A stretch of DNA of 32,935 bases from an uncultured Thermotogae bacterium (GTDB lineage Bacteria; Bipolaricaulota; Bipolaricaulia; M55B111): NCBI GenBank assembly GCA_964576335.1, contig CAZNVA010000002.1, forward strand, positions 1 to 32,935, read 5' to 3'. Made by a program: the position numbers and the translations under genes. Under the pieces are notes generated by a model. That model did no database searches and was not told the origin of the DNA. It saw only the letters and a list, made by a program, of their open reading frames with translations. Positions 1-9,073 of this stretch are shown one piece after another (the stretch's first letter is position 1; each line of letters begins with the position of its first letter).

Positions 1-149
1 ATTCCCATCCCTTCTACCCCGAAGTCACTGACTATTCGTTCAAGGAAGGAGCCGTTCCCACAGCCAACGTCCAGGGCGACGTCTCCAGGCTCCAGAAGTT
101 CCCTTAGTTCTTCGTATACCAGCCTGTGGCCAGCTGATTTAAAGCCCAA
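1..149 (-). CDS. Class I SAM-dependent methyltransferase, 5' part only (runs off the window edge)
   Basis: Not in the ORF track. Manual translation from TTG at 149, after SD GGAGGA, gives MGFKSAGHRLVYEELRELLEPGDVALDVGCGNGSFLERIVSDFGVEGMG, which contains SAM motif I (LDVGCGNG). Confidence 0.85.
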   Translation of the reverse strand, partial: MGFKSAGHRLVYEELRELLEPGDVALDVGCGNGSFLERIVSDFGVEGMG

Positions 150-176
150 GCTATCATCCTCCGACAGCAGTTATTT

Positions 177-824
177 TTATTTTTCTACTTCCATCAATCG
201 GGCGAACCCGCGGAAGTATTCGTGGCTCTCGCGGAAAGTAAAGCCGGAGTTCTCCAGGATTTCTTTCCAGTCCCTCTCGAGGTAGTCGTAAGCGTACCTG
301 CATTCAGCTATCTTAAAGGGCAGGCGCAAGTAAAAAGGGAGTTCCGCCAGGGTAAAATCACCGTAATCCAGGATGAAGAACTTGCCTCCAGGTTTTAAGG
401 CCTTCTTCACGTTTTTTAGGGTTCTTTCCCGTGCGGAATGGGGTAATCCGTGAATTACAAATGAAGTAAAAACCCTGTCGAATTCGGATTCGTAGGGAAG
501 TGGCTTATCAATTCTCCTGTTTTCTATCCTGATATTGGGAGTAGCGCCAAATTTCTCGCGAAACCGGGAAATTCCGTCTTCACTTATATCCAATCCGACG
601 ATCTCTCCGTCAGGCCCCAGATAACTCTTCATGAAACTCGCGTTATAGCCACCACCCGCACCGAGGTCCAATATTTTGTCTCCCGACTCTATATTCATAT
701 CGGAAACCGCGCGGGCGATGAACTTCCGATATCGTCCAAGGGTTCCTACGTTGAGAAAGTACTCGTAGTACTTCGCCAGGATACCATTTATCTCCACGTG
801 GGAGTCCGGATATAGCTTGGCCAA
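177..824 (-). CDS. Class I SAM-dependent methyltransferase (UbiE/MenG-like fold, substrate unknown)
   Basis: Motifs ILDLGAGGG, VGLDIS, FDRV and LKPGGKFFILDY; TTG start. Confidence 0.85.
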   Translation of the reverse strand: MAKLYPDSHVEINGILAKYYEYFLNVGTLGRYRKFIARAVSDMNIESGDKILDLGAGGGYNASFMKSYLGPDGEIVGLDISEDGISRFREKFGATPNIRIENRRIDKPLPYESEFDRVFTSFVIHGLPHSARERTLKNVKKALKPGGKFFILDYGDFTLAELPFYLRLPFKIAECRYAYDYLERDWKEILENSGFTFRESHEYFRGFARLMEVEK

Positions 825-849
825 ATCAGTTCACCGCCCTGTTCGGAAT

Positions 850-2715
850 TTATATTTCCTTTGCAGCTTCGTAACCGGATTTTATCGCGTTCTCTGCCTT
901 TGCTGGTTCTCTTGCATCACCGATTACCGTTGAAGGCACCGAAAGTTCGCTTTGGTCTATCGGATTGTGACTTTTCATCCCGGTAACGACGACGAATTCC
1001 TCCACACCTTCCCAGTGAAGTTCTTTACCGTCACTGGAAGCAAATACCTCGTTACCCTCAACTTTCTCGATATCGGTTTCCGTCGCTATCTCCACGTTAT
1101 CCCGGTTTTTTAAGGATTTCAAGAGCTGTGCCTTTTCCAGACCAATCATGTTGCCTCCGATCTCGGGTAGAAGCTCCACGAGTATAACCTGGTTTTCGTT
1201 GCTTGCCAGTGCTTTCGTCGTCTCGACGCCGACGAGTCCGCCGCCAATCACCATGACTTTCTTTCCCTCGGGCATGTTTTCCTCCTGCAATACTTCGGCC
1301 CACAGATAATCCTCAAGTCCATCTATGTTCGGAAAGAAGGGGCGAGCACCGGTGGCGATAACCGCGTGATCGTAACCTTCCAAGTCTCCCTCGGCGGCTT
1401 CATCTCTGATGATTTCTACTTCCCGATCCTGTATTTCCTCTACGAAGTAATCAATTCCCCTCTGTAAAGGGTCCTTGCCCGGCGGGAGTGGTGCCAGGTT
1501 GAAGACCCCACCCAGCTCTTCCTTTTCGTAGAGAGTTACATTGTGCCCCCGTTCGTCGAGGGTTCTCGCTGCCGACATGCCGGCCAGACCTCCGCCGACA
1601 ACTCCTACGTCTTTTGTCGCTTCCGAACTTTCCAGACCCTCGAAGTCCCTTACTTCGGGATTCATCAGGCAGCCGAGGCCCGAACCGGACTTTACACCGC
1701 CAAGGCAGCCGTCGGAACACGCCAGACAGGGGCGAATTCTCCCCTCAACTTTTCCCATGTACTTGCCCACGAAATCAGGGTCCGCCACCAGGCCACGACC
1801 GATTGCCAGAAAATCAGCCATCTCTGCCTCTTTTATCCTGTCGACGTCTTTCCTGCTGTTTATTCTCCCTACCGTGGTAACTGGGACCGAAAGCTGGTCC
1901 TTCAATGATTTGGCCATTTCCCAGGTTTCTCCTTTTGGAGTGAACATATGCTGGAAGTACCAGGGAGGGGTAGTGCAGACCGTACCGGCGGAAACGTGAA
2001 TTCCCTCTGCTCCGTTTTCGACGAGCCCTCGGGCAAATTTTTTCGTTTCGGCGAACTTTATACCGCCGTCAATCATTTCGTCCCCGCTCACCCTGACCTG
2101 AATAGGTACCTCTACCGCCTCTGCGACTTCTCGAAGTACTTCAATACCAAACCTGGATCTGTTCTCGAAAGAGCCGCCGTAATTATCGTTTCTATCGTTT
2201 ACTTTGGGCGAAAGGAATTGAGCCACGAGGTAACCGTGACCGAATTGAAGCTCGATGAGGTCGAAGCCCGCTTTTTCTGCTCGTACGGCCGCATCCCGGA
2301 ATAGACTTTTTGCCTCTTCTATATCCTCTTGAGCCATTTTCTTCGGGGTGGCTCCCCCGTTCTCGCAGGCTTTATCCGTTGAGGATACGAAAAAATTATC
2401 GTCTATCTTCGGGTTCGCCATCCGGCCCGGATGGTTTAAATGAGCGATCGCGTTAGCCCCGTTTTGGTGAATTACTCCGGTTAACTCCTGGAGTCCGTCA
2501 AGCTTGTCGTCCGAATCAATACCCATCTGGGTCGGTAACTCTCGCAGCCCTCGATCCAGGTAAAATGGCTCGGGGATTACGCCACCCAGGTGGCTTGCCC
2601 GGCGGTCGTAAAATTCCAGATGTCGTTCCGTAACCCTGCCATTGCCCTCGTTATACCCGGTCTTTACTGGCGCCATTACGAACTCGTTTTTGAATTCTGT
2701 ATCGCCGATCTTCAA
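850..2715 (-). CDS. NADH:flavin oxidoreductase (OYE TIM barrel + 4Fe-4S + FAD/NAD domains; 2,4-dienoyl-CoA/enoate reductase-like)
   Basis: N-terminal VMAP, GHGYL..QFLSP..N.R.D.YGGSFENR, Fe-S motif CLACSDGC...C, two Rossmann motifs (VVGGGLAG, VIGGGLVG) and C-terminal IGDA. SD GGAGGTG precedes the TTG start. Confidence 0.92.
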   Translation of the reverse strand: MKIGDTEFKNEFVMAPVKTGYNEGNGRVTERHLEFYDRRASHLGGVIPEPFYLDRGLRELPTQMGIDSDDKLDGLQELTGVIHQNGANAIAHLNHPGRMANPKIDDNFFVSSTDKACENGGATPKKMAQEDIEEAKSLFRDAAVRAEKAGFDLIELQFGHGYLVAQFLSPKVNDRNDNYGGSFENRSRFGIEVLREVAEAVEVPIQVRVSGDEMIDGGIKFAETKKFARGLVENGAEGIHVSAGTVCTTPPWYFQHMFTPKGETWEMAKSLKDQLSVPVTTVGRINSRKDVDRIKEAEMADFLAIGRGLVADPDFVGKYMGKVEGRIRPCLACSDGCLGGVKSGSGLGCLMNPEVRDFEGLESSEATKDVGVVGGGLAGMSAARTLDERGHNVTLYEKEELGGVFNLAPLPPGKDPLQRGIDYFVEEIQDREVEIIRDEAAEGDLEGYDHAVIATGARPFFPNIDGLEDYLWAEVLQEENMPEGKKVMVIGGGLVGVETTKALASNENQVILVELLPEIGGNMIGLEKAQLLKSLKNRDNVEIATETDIEKVEGNEVFASSDGKELHWEGVEEFVVVTGMKSHNPIDQSELSVPSTVIGDAREPAKAENAIKSGYEAAKEI

Positions 2716-2837
2716 ACTCAGTACACCTCCCGGCGAATTCCTTTAGTTACACTATTGGTTAAATTTAAAAGATTAAAAGGGATGAGCAACAGTACTCAAT
2801 CTCGCAAAAAACTAAAGTTATTTGCTAAGCTAAAGCT

Positions 2838-3662
2838 CTATTCCCCCGAAATCACCGATTTAAATTCTTCTACGATCCCTTTAAAGGATTGTGTGGCGTC
2901 GGATTCGGGGTAGGCTTTCACGAAAGGAACACCTTCATCGGCCGTCTGAACGATTCTCTGATCCAGCGGGATACTTCCAAGGAAATTCGCACCGAGTTCT
3001 TCGGCTGCCTTTTCCCCTCCACCCGATTTAAATATTTCGGTTTTCTCGCCACAGTGCGGGCAGACGAAACCACTCATATTCTCAACTATCCCCAGTACCG
3101 GAAGGTCCAGTTTACCGGAAAAGTTATAAGCCTTCCGGGAATCCAGCAGAGATAGGTCCTGAGGAGTTGTTACAACTATGGAACCATCGAGATCCTCCAG
3201 GACTTGAGCGATGGATAAGGGTTCGTCCCCTGTACCCGGCGGAAGGTCGATAATCAGGTATTCCAGTTCTCCCCAGTTTACGTCGCCGAGAAATTGCTTG
3301 ATTGCCTTCATCTTCAGCGGGCCCCTCCAGACGACCGGAGAATCATCCGATGGAAGTGTGAAGCCGATAGACATGATCTTGAGGTTATCCAGCTTTGCGG
3401 GCTCGATGCTGTCCTCGGAACCCCCAAGCCTTTCCCCTTCTACTCCCATTATTTTTGGAATATCCGGACCGTGCAGGTCGGCATCAAGCAGACCGACGTT
3501 TTTCTCCGTCTCTTCGGCGAGCGAAGCTGCCAGGTTCGCCGATACGGTGCTTTTCCCGACGCCGCCTTTTCCGCTCATTACCACTAACGAATGTTCAACT
3601 CCCTCGAGTTCGATGCTTTCAACGCCGCTTTTTTCTCCCTGTTGTTTGCTTTGCCCGTTCAT
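2838..3662 (-). CDS. mrp: Mrp/NBP35 (ApbC) Fe-S cluster carrier ATPase
   Basis: [32 protein letters not shown] and [11 protein letters not shown]; SD GGAGG. Confidence 0.95.
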   Translation of the reverse strand: MNGQSKQQGEKSGVESIELEGVEHSLVVMSGKGGVGKSTVSANLAASLAEETEKNVGLLDADLHGPDIPKIMGVEGERLGGSEDSIEPAKLDNLKIMSIGFTLPSDDSPVVWRGPLKMKAIKQFLGDVNWGELEYLIIDLPPGTGDEPLSIAQVLEDLDGSIVVTTPQDLSLLDSRKAYNFSGKLDLPVLGIVENMSGFVCPHCGEKTEIFKSGGGEKAAEELGANFLGSIPLDQRIVQTADEGVPFVKAYPESDATQSFKGIVEEFKSVISGE

Positions 3663-3781
3663 ATTTCCTCCGTTGAGTTACTTGGTTCTCTTAAAGTTCT
3701 AACTCTAAATGACATTTAAATTTTTCGAAAAAAGGTTAAAAAATAATAGCTCATTAACTTTGACTTTCTTCGATCCGAAAA

Positions 3782-3809
3782 ATTCTATCATATGCACATT
3801 TTGAATCAA
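3782..3809 (-). promoter_or_regulatory. Putative sigma70 promoter of mrp, containing the shared 13-bp motif
   Basis: Minus strand reads TTGATT-N16-TAGAAT. The spacer and -10 contain TGTGCATATGATA (3786-3798). Confidence 0.6.
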
Positions 3810-3893
3810 CCTTGATCTGGACTTCCCGATTTGATGAATAACGCGGTGTCGAAAAATTTTAAACGGGCAAAACCCGGAAGAAGAAACGAAAAC

Positions 3894-4601
3894 TTATTCG
3901 TCTTCCTTCAGGTTTTCCTCTCTTCTCCATTCGTACCCGGGTTCTTCTTCCAGGACCTGGCCGCCCCTTTCCTCCTTTACGGGATATATCCCCAGTAGTG
4001 CAACCAGGATGGCGAGAGCCAGAAAAAATATCATGAATAGAGTCACGGCAATACCTGGGATAAAACCTATCCGGGCCCTTTTTACCGTCTCCGCTACTGA
4101 CTCTATCTGAGTTGGATGGAGTATTAGCTTCATAAACCAGCCAAAAAATATTGTAGTAAAGATCCAGAGATATATTCTTCGAAGCCGGAGAGAAAGTGCC
4201 GTGAAGAAGGAGACTTTGAATTCGGGTTCTCTCAGATCCTGAGAAAGCACCTTCATCCATTCACTCCTTGGAAGAGACGTATCGGGATCCAGCAAGTTGG
4301 CGAAGAAATTTTCTTCGAGTAACCTCATTCGCGATCGCCAGACTTCGTGCATTTGATACCGGTTTGCTTCCAGCGTCAAAAGAGCCGAAGTAAGGGGAAT
4401 TGTAACGAGAATCAAAGCAGGAGAACGAGCAGGAGAAGAAAAGGACCAGGAAATCATACCAGCAACCATTACAAGTGACCAGTAAGGAGTACGATCGAGC
4501 CGGTTGCGCCAGGTATTTACTCTCTGTATTTCTCCTCTGTAAAGGTGTATTAGAGCTGTTTCAATCTCGTCGTCCGAAATTTCCGGCTTTTTTTTATTCA
4601 T
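3894..4601 (-). CDS. DUF2270-family integral membrane protein
   Basis: Family-typical HLYRGE..R...WR.RLD.T..W motif and LEA.RY....WR.R.RLLE; about four hydrophobic segments. Confidence 0.8.
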   Translation of the reverse strand: MNKKKPEISDDEIETALIHLYRGEIQRVNTWRNRLDRTPYWSLVMVAGMISWSFSSPARSPALILVTIPLTSALLTLEANRYQMHEVWRSRMRLLEENFFANLLDPDTSLPRSEWMKVLSQDLREPEFKVSFFTALSLRLRRIYLWIFTTIFFGWFMKLILHPTQIESVAETVKRARIGFIPGIAVTLFMIFFLALAILVALLGIYPVKEERGGQVLEEEPGYEWRREENLKEDE

Positions 4602-4660
4602 TATCTATCTCTTGAATTTTAGTAAATCCGCATCAAAAGCGCAAAAAAACAAGGTTAAGG

Positions 4661-5908
4661 TCAAGTATATCCTCGGTTAACTTTAAACTGATGAACGATA
4701 TTTACCACTACTCCCGCAAGCATCACTCCCGATACGAAGTAAAATGTTAATTTAAAGGAGAAAAATTCGATCAACGCGCCGGCGAGAAAAGGCAGCGGAG
4801 CAGTTAACGCGATGGTGGTGCCTCGTATTCCCGAATACGTTGGCCGTTTGTCCTCCGGAGCCAGTTCAAGTAGCTGGGTATTGAACCCGACCATTCGAGC
4901 ATTTATGGCCGAGCCGGCTAGGACAAATACGACCGAATAGTATAAAGGACCAAATCTTGTTACACCTACTGCTATCAAAGGAGTGACACCAGCGACCAGC
5001 AAGCACAACAGTATAACTTTCTCCGCAGCTTCTTCCGCAACTTTACCCCAGAAAAAATTGGAGATTGCTCCACCGAAGACCCTCGCCATGAGATAGATAC
5101 CGACGAAGCTTTCCGCTACGCCGGCAACTTCCTTAAAGTAAACGACGTAATAGGGAATAATCATGATGTGAAAGCCGGCCAGCACCCGCGTCATCAGAAA
5201 AACCCGAAAATCGTTATCGCTTTGTAGGATCGTGAAAACGTCGGAAAAGTAACTGGTCAGTTGTTTTCTATCTCCGGTTTCGCCGGCCGGTTCATTAATC
5301 AGCCAGAAACCAGCAAAACCTATCAGAAGAGCTATCCCCGAGAGCAGGAAAAGGATTCCGTAGTTCTGGGGGAAATCGAAGTAAAAGCCTTCGCCGAGGA
5401 CGTAGCGAACCAGAAAACCGGTGCCAAAGGCCAGCAAGCTGCCAGTTATCTGTCTGGCTGCGTAAAACCTGGCCCGGTTGACGCCGGAAATTGCTTTGCC
5501 GATTATATCCGTAAGTGCAACTCCCCCCAGTGAACCGGCCAGTGAATATATCAACAGAAAGCTAAACAGAAGGGAGAGAACCAATGCCGGGTTGGATATT
5601 CCCCTCCAGGTGACGAGAAAACCAAAGAGGAACCACATGAAAGCCCTGATGAGAATGGCAGCGTAGAGAAAGGGCTTCTTTTTTGCCCTGGGCTCGACGT
5701 AGTTGGAAAAGAGGAGTTGTGGTAACCGGCCGGTACTGAAGTAAATTGACGGCAAAAGTGCGATCAAAAATTTTGAACCCGTAATCGAGCTGACGAAGGC
5801 GGGCAGTATTAGGTCGATATCGGCAAGGCGAGTGCTGGACCTGAGAAAAGTGCCGTGGATGACTCCGCCAATAAAGTTTCTCTTTTCTGATTCCTGTTCT
5901 TCTTTCAT
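4661..5908 (-). CDS. MFS transporter
   Basis: 415 aa with about 12 hydrophobic helices in two halves; LELAPEDKRPTY-type cytoplasmic loop. Confidence 0.85.
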   Translation of the reverse strand: MKEEQESEKRNFIGGVIHGTFLRSSTRLADIDLILPAFVSSITGSKFLIALLPSIYFSTGRLPQLLFSNYVEPRAKKKPFLYAAILIRAFMWFLFGFLVTWRGISNPALVLSLLFSFLLIYSLAGSLGGVALTDIIGKAISGVNRARFYAARQITGSLLAFGTGFLVRYVLGEGFYFDFPQNYGILFLLSGIALLIGFAGFWLINEPAGETGDRKQLTSYFSDVFTILQSDNDFRVFLMTRVLAGFHIMIIPYYVVYFKEVAGVAESFVGIYLMARVFGGAISNFFWGKVAEEAAEKVILLCLLVAGVTPLIAVGVTRFGPLYYSVVFVLAGSAINARMVGFNTQLLELAPEDKRPTYSGIRGTTIALTAPLPFLAGALIEFFSFKLTFYFVSGVMLAGVVVNIVHQFKVNRGYT

Positions 5909-6005
5909 CTCTATAAAAATTACGCGGTCCCCTTCACTGAAACAAGTTAATATATTTAAAAACAGCTAAGTTGAGGGGGGATTTCGGAATTGGTCCGAAA
6001 CGGTC

Positions 6006-6034
6006 TTGAACGCATAGTGTGCATATGATAATAT
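6006..6034 (+). promoter_or_regulatory. Putative sigma70 promoter of the DUF5320-NifX operon, containing the shared 13-bp motif
   Basis: TTGAAC-N17-TAATAT, with TGTGCATATGATA at 6018-6030. Confidence 0.6.
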
Positions 6035-6071
6035 AGGGTTGAGATAAACAACTACTTTCGAGGTGATTATC

Positions 6072-6452
6072 ATGCCATACGGCGATAAAACAGGACCAAG
6101 AGGAGAAGGTCCAAGAACTGGAAGAGGTATGGGTTATTGCTCTGGCTTCAACTCCCCCGGATACACAAAAGGTACTCCGCGCGGGGGTGGCGGATTTGGA
6201 AGAGGTCCCGGTTTCGGACGTGGATTCGGTAGAGGTTTCGGATTCGGTAGAGGTTTCGCGGGGCGCGCCAATCCTGCCGGTTACTGGGGAGGGGCCAATT
6301 ACGGTCAGACAGCCCAGTCGGAAGAAGAGGCCAAACAGTCGGAAAAGCAATACCTGGAAAACGAAATAGAAGCTCTCGAACAGGAACTGGAAGCAATGAA
6401 GAACCGCATGAGGGAGCTGGACGAAAAAGGCGAAAATCGAGGAGGTAATTAG
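6072..6452 (+). CDS. DUF5320-family protein (Gly/Arg-rich N-terminal half, C-terminal coiled coil)
   Basis: Begins MPYGDKTGPRGEGPRTGRGMGYC, followed by GRGFG repeats and LENEIEALEQELEAMKNRM. Start moved to ATG 6072, which follows SD GAGGTG. Confidence 0.85.
   Translation: MPYGDKTGPRGEGPRTGRGMGYCSGFNSPGYTKGTPRGGGGFGRGPGFGRGFGRGFGFGRGFAGRANPAGYWGGANYGQTAQSEEEAKQSEKQYLENEIEALEQELEAMKNRMRELDEKGENRGGN
6222..6257 (+). repeat. 18-bp tandem duplication inside the DUF5320 gene
   Basis: GGATTCGGTAGAGGTTTC occurs twice (6222-6239 and 6240-6257) and encodes GFGRGF twice. Confidence 0.9.
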
Positions 6453-6815
6453 ATGAAGCTGGCCGTTACCGCAAAAGGAGACTCTCTGGATTCGGAGGTA
6501 GACCCGAAGTTCGGTCGCTGTTCTTACTTCTTGCTAGTGGACACTGAATCCATGGATTACGAATCGATCAAGAATTCAAGCAAAAGTGCCAGGGGTGGGG
6601 CCGGCGTTCAGGCAGCCGAAACGCTTTCACAAAATAACGTGGACGCACTCGCAACGGGAAACGTCGGACCGAATGCCTATAACGCACTCAGCTCGGCCGG
6701 AGTTGAGACTTTCACGGGAGCAAAAGGTACGGTAAAAGAAGCCGTGGAGGATTGTGTAGCCGGCGATCTCGTGGAAGCCAACGAACCCACTACTTCGGGT
6801 GGAGCCAACAAATAG
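6453..6815 (+). CDS. NifB/NifX (MTH1175 / Orange protein-like) metal-cluster-binding protein
   Basis: VDPKFGRCSYF, GGAGVQAA and TGNVGPNA; SD GGAGGT. Confidence 0.9.
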   Translation: MKLAVTAKGDSLDSEVDPKFGRCSYFLLVDTESMDYESIKNSSKSARGGAGVQAAETLSQNNVDALATGNVGPNAYNALSSAGVETFTGAKGTVKEAVEDCVAGDLVEANEPTTSGGANK

Positions 6816-6836
6816 TCAAAACGGGATGGTGAAACT

Positions 6837-7229
6837 ATGAGGGTCTGTTTTCCTACGGAAGGTAATGGTGGAATCGACGGAAAAGTTGGAGAACATTTTG
6901 GAAGGGTGCCAACGTACACGATAGTAGATAGTGATACGGAAGACGTGGAAGTAATTCCAAACGAGAGTTCCCACAAAGGCGGAAGAGGCCTCCCGGCCGA
7001 CCTGCTTGCCCAGGAAGGAGTAGACGTCATGGTTTGTTCCGGACTCGGGAGAAAGGCAATCAACCTTTTCGAGGATCACGGTATCGACGTTTACGTCGGT
7101 GCGGGTGGACGAGTCAAGGAAGCTCTGGAAGAATGGAAAAGCGACGAACTGCTGTCTGCTTCCGAATCCGACGCCTGCGAACGCCACGAGTTCCGTGGTA
7201 GCCACGACCACGATCACCATCACGGTTAA
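6837..7229 (+). CDS. NifB/NifX-family protein with His-rich C-terminus
   Basis: EHFGRVPTY and VMVCSGLGRKA; ends in C..H....HDHDHHHG. Confidence 0.9.
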   Translation: MRVCFPTEGNGGIDGKVGEHFGRVPTYTIVDSDTEDVEVIPNESSHKGGRGLPADLLAQEGVDVMVCSGLGRKAINLFEDHGIDVYVGAGGRVKEALEEWKSDELLSASESDACERHEFRGSHDHDHHHG

Positions 7230-7268
7230 TTTCGCTTATCTTTATTCAGGGGACTTTGAGGAGGTTAA

Positions 7269-8171
7269 ATGGAGATAACAGTCTCGGCGGGCAAGGGCGG
7301 AACCGGTAAGACGACGGTGGCAACTAACCTGGCCCTTGCCCTGAAGGACGAATACGACGTAGAGTTCTTCGACTGTGACGTAGAGGAACCGGATGCAGGA
7401 ATTTTTCTTAATCCGGAGAAGACCGAGGAGGAGGACGTAAATATACGGATCCCGGAAGTAAACGAGGATACCTGCACTCATTGCGGTAAGTGTTCGGACG
7501 CCTGTGAATTCAACGCGATCGCGACATTTGGCGAGAATACCCTGGTTTATCCGGAATTATGCCACGGTTGCGGTCTTTGCTCTCTGGTCTGTCCGGTGGA
7601 CGCAATCACGGAGAAGGACAAAAAAATTGGGGTAATTCGAAAAGGTCAGGCAAAGCAAATAAGGTATTATGAGGGCGACCTGTCAATTGGAGAACCGATG
7701 GCTACCCCGATAATTCGTGAGTTAAAGAAGAAGACCGACGACGACGCTCTATCGATTCTTGATTCCCCTCCCGGAACCGCCTGCCCGGTGATTGAAAGCC
7801 TGCACGGCAGTGACTTTGCGCTTTTGGTTACGGAACCAACCCCGTTTGGACTGCACGATTTAAAACTCTCGGTTGACGTGGCGAGGGAAATCGGAGTCGA
7901 CGTCGGAGTGGTTATAAACAGGGACGGGATCGGAGACGAAAACGTAGAACAGTACTGCGAAGCCGAAGATATACCCGTACTGATGAAGATCCCAGACGAC
8001 AGGGAGATTGCTGAATACTACTCTAATGGGCTTCCCTTTTCCGAACACATGGGGGGCTGGAAGGAAAAGTTTTTGGCACTTTACGAAAAAATCGAGGAAC
8101 TGGTAAAAAGGCCTGAGGCAAAAACGATCGGAACTGGCTCGGTCGAGACCGATATTGGGGGCGGGAATTAA
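7269..8171 (+). CDS. MinD-superfamily P-loop ATPase with inserted 2x[4Fe-4S] ferredoxin domain (COG1149-type)
   Basis: GKGGTGKTT, DCDVEEP, CTHCGKCSDAC, CHGCGLCSLVCP, DSPPGTACP and VTEPTPFGLHD. Confidence 0.92.
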   Translation: MEITVSAGKGGTGKTTVATNLALALKDEYDVEFFDCDVEEPDAGIFLNPEKTEEEDVNIRIPEVNEDTCTHCGKCSDACEFNAIATFGENTLVYPELCHGCGLCSLVCPVDAITEKDKKIGVIRKGQAKQIRYYEGDLSIGEPMATPIIRELKKKTDDDALSILDSPPGTACPVIESLHGSDFALLVTEPTPFGLHDLKLSVDVAREIGVDVGVVINRDGIGDENVEQYCEAEDIPVLMKIPDDREIAEYYSNGLPFSEHMGGWKEKFLALYEKIEELVKRPEAKTIGTGSVETDIGGGN

Positions 8172-8174
8172 GCG

Positions 8175-9047
8175 ATGAAACAACTACTTGTAATCAGCGG
8201 GAAGGGGGGAACGGGAAAGACCACCCTGGTTTCCGCCTTTTCCAGTCTGGCGGACGAAAAAGTGATTTCCGATTGCGACGTGGACGCGGCGGACTTACAC
8301 CTGGTTCTTGACCCTGAGATAGGATCGCGGGAGGAATTTTACGGGGACAAGGAAGCGATAAAGGACGACGAGAAATGTACAGATTGCGGAATCTGCCGGG
8401 AATACTGCAGGTTTGATGCCATAGACGAAAATTTCGAAATCGACCCCTATCGCTGTGAAGGCTGTGGCGTCTGTGCCCACGTCTGCCCCGAGGACGCAAT
8501 TCGGATGGAGGATACGTTGTCGGGATATTCCTACGAATCCGAGACCGAGTTCGGAAAGCTGGTTCACGGGGAGCTACGAGCCGGGGAAGAAACTTCGGGC
8601 AAATTAGTCACTGAAATCAAGGAAAAGGCAGTGGGCGTTGCCGAAAGAGAAGGTGAGCAACTTATCATAATTGATGGCTCACCGGGTACAGGGTGTCCGG
8701 TTATTGCCTCTCTTGCTGATGTGGACCTCGCCCTTATCGTCACGGAGCCAACTCTTTCCGGTTTAAACGATCTCAAGCGAGTTATACAGCTTTCGGAGAA
8801 CTTCGAGATAGAGCCAGCGGTCGTAATCAACAAGTACGATTTAAACGAAGATATGGTCGAAAAAATTGAAGCCTATGCCGGGGATAACGGTATTCCGGTC
8901 ATGGGTAAAATACCGTACGACCCGAATGTTACCCGGGCCATGGTTCAGGGTAAAAGCATAGTAGAATACGATGATGGCGGCGCAGCGGCAAAAATAGTTG
9001 AAGTATGGGAAAAGGTACAGGCAAAGTTTGACGCCATTCCTGTCTGA
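8175..9047 (+). CDS. Second COG1149-type P-loop ATPase with ferredoxin insert
   Basis: SGKGGTGKTT, DCDVDAADL, CTDCGICREYC, CEGCGVCAHVCP and DGSPGTGCP. Confidence 0.92.
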   Translation: MKQLLVISGKGGTGKTTLVSAFSSLADEKVISDCDVDAADLHLVLDPEIGSREEFYGDKEAIKDDEKCTDCGICREYCRFDAIDENFEIDPYRCEGCGVCAHVCPEDAIRMEDTLSGYSYESETEFGKLVHGELRAGEETSGKLVTEIKEKAVGVAEREGEQLIIIDGSPGTGCPVIASLADVDLALIVTEPTLSGLNDLKRVIQLSENFEIEPAVVINKYDLNEDMVEKIEAYAGDNGIPVMGKIPYDPNVTRAMVQGKSIVEYDDGGAAAKIVEVWEKVQAKFDAIPV

Positions 9048-9073
9048 TTAACCGGCGTCCAGGAGGCAAGTCA

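Noticed and set aside
2782-2799. Inverted repeat TGAGCA-ACAG-TACTCA upstream of the flavin oxidoreductase as a third operator copy
   Set aside because: Its core and spacing differ from TGTGCATATGATA, and it is short enough to arise by chance.
6180-6260. Short repeats suggesting a CRISPR array
   Set aside because: They are in-frame coding repeats (GFGRGF) with no spacers, and there are no cas genes.
6453-9047. Nitrogen fixation or MinCDE division system
   Set aside because: There is no nifHDK or minC/minE. NifX-like proteins and COG1149 ATPases occur widely in non-diazotrophic anaerobes.
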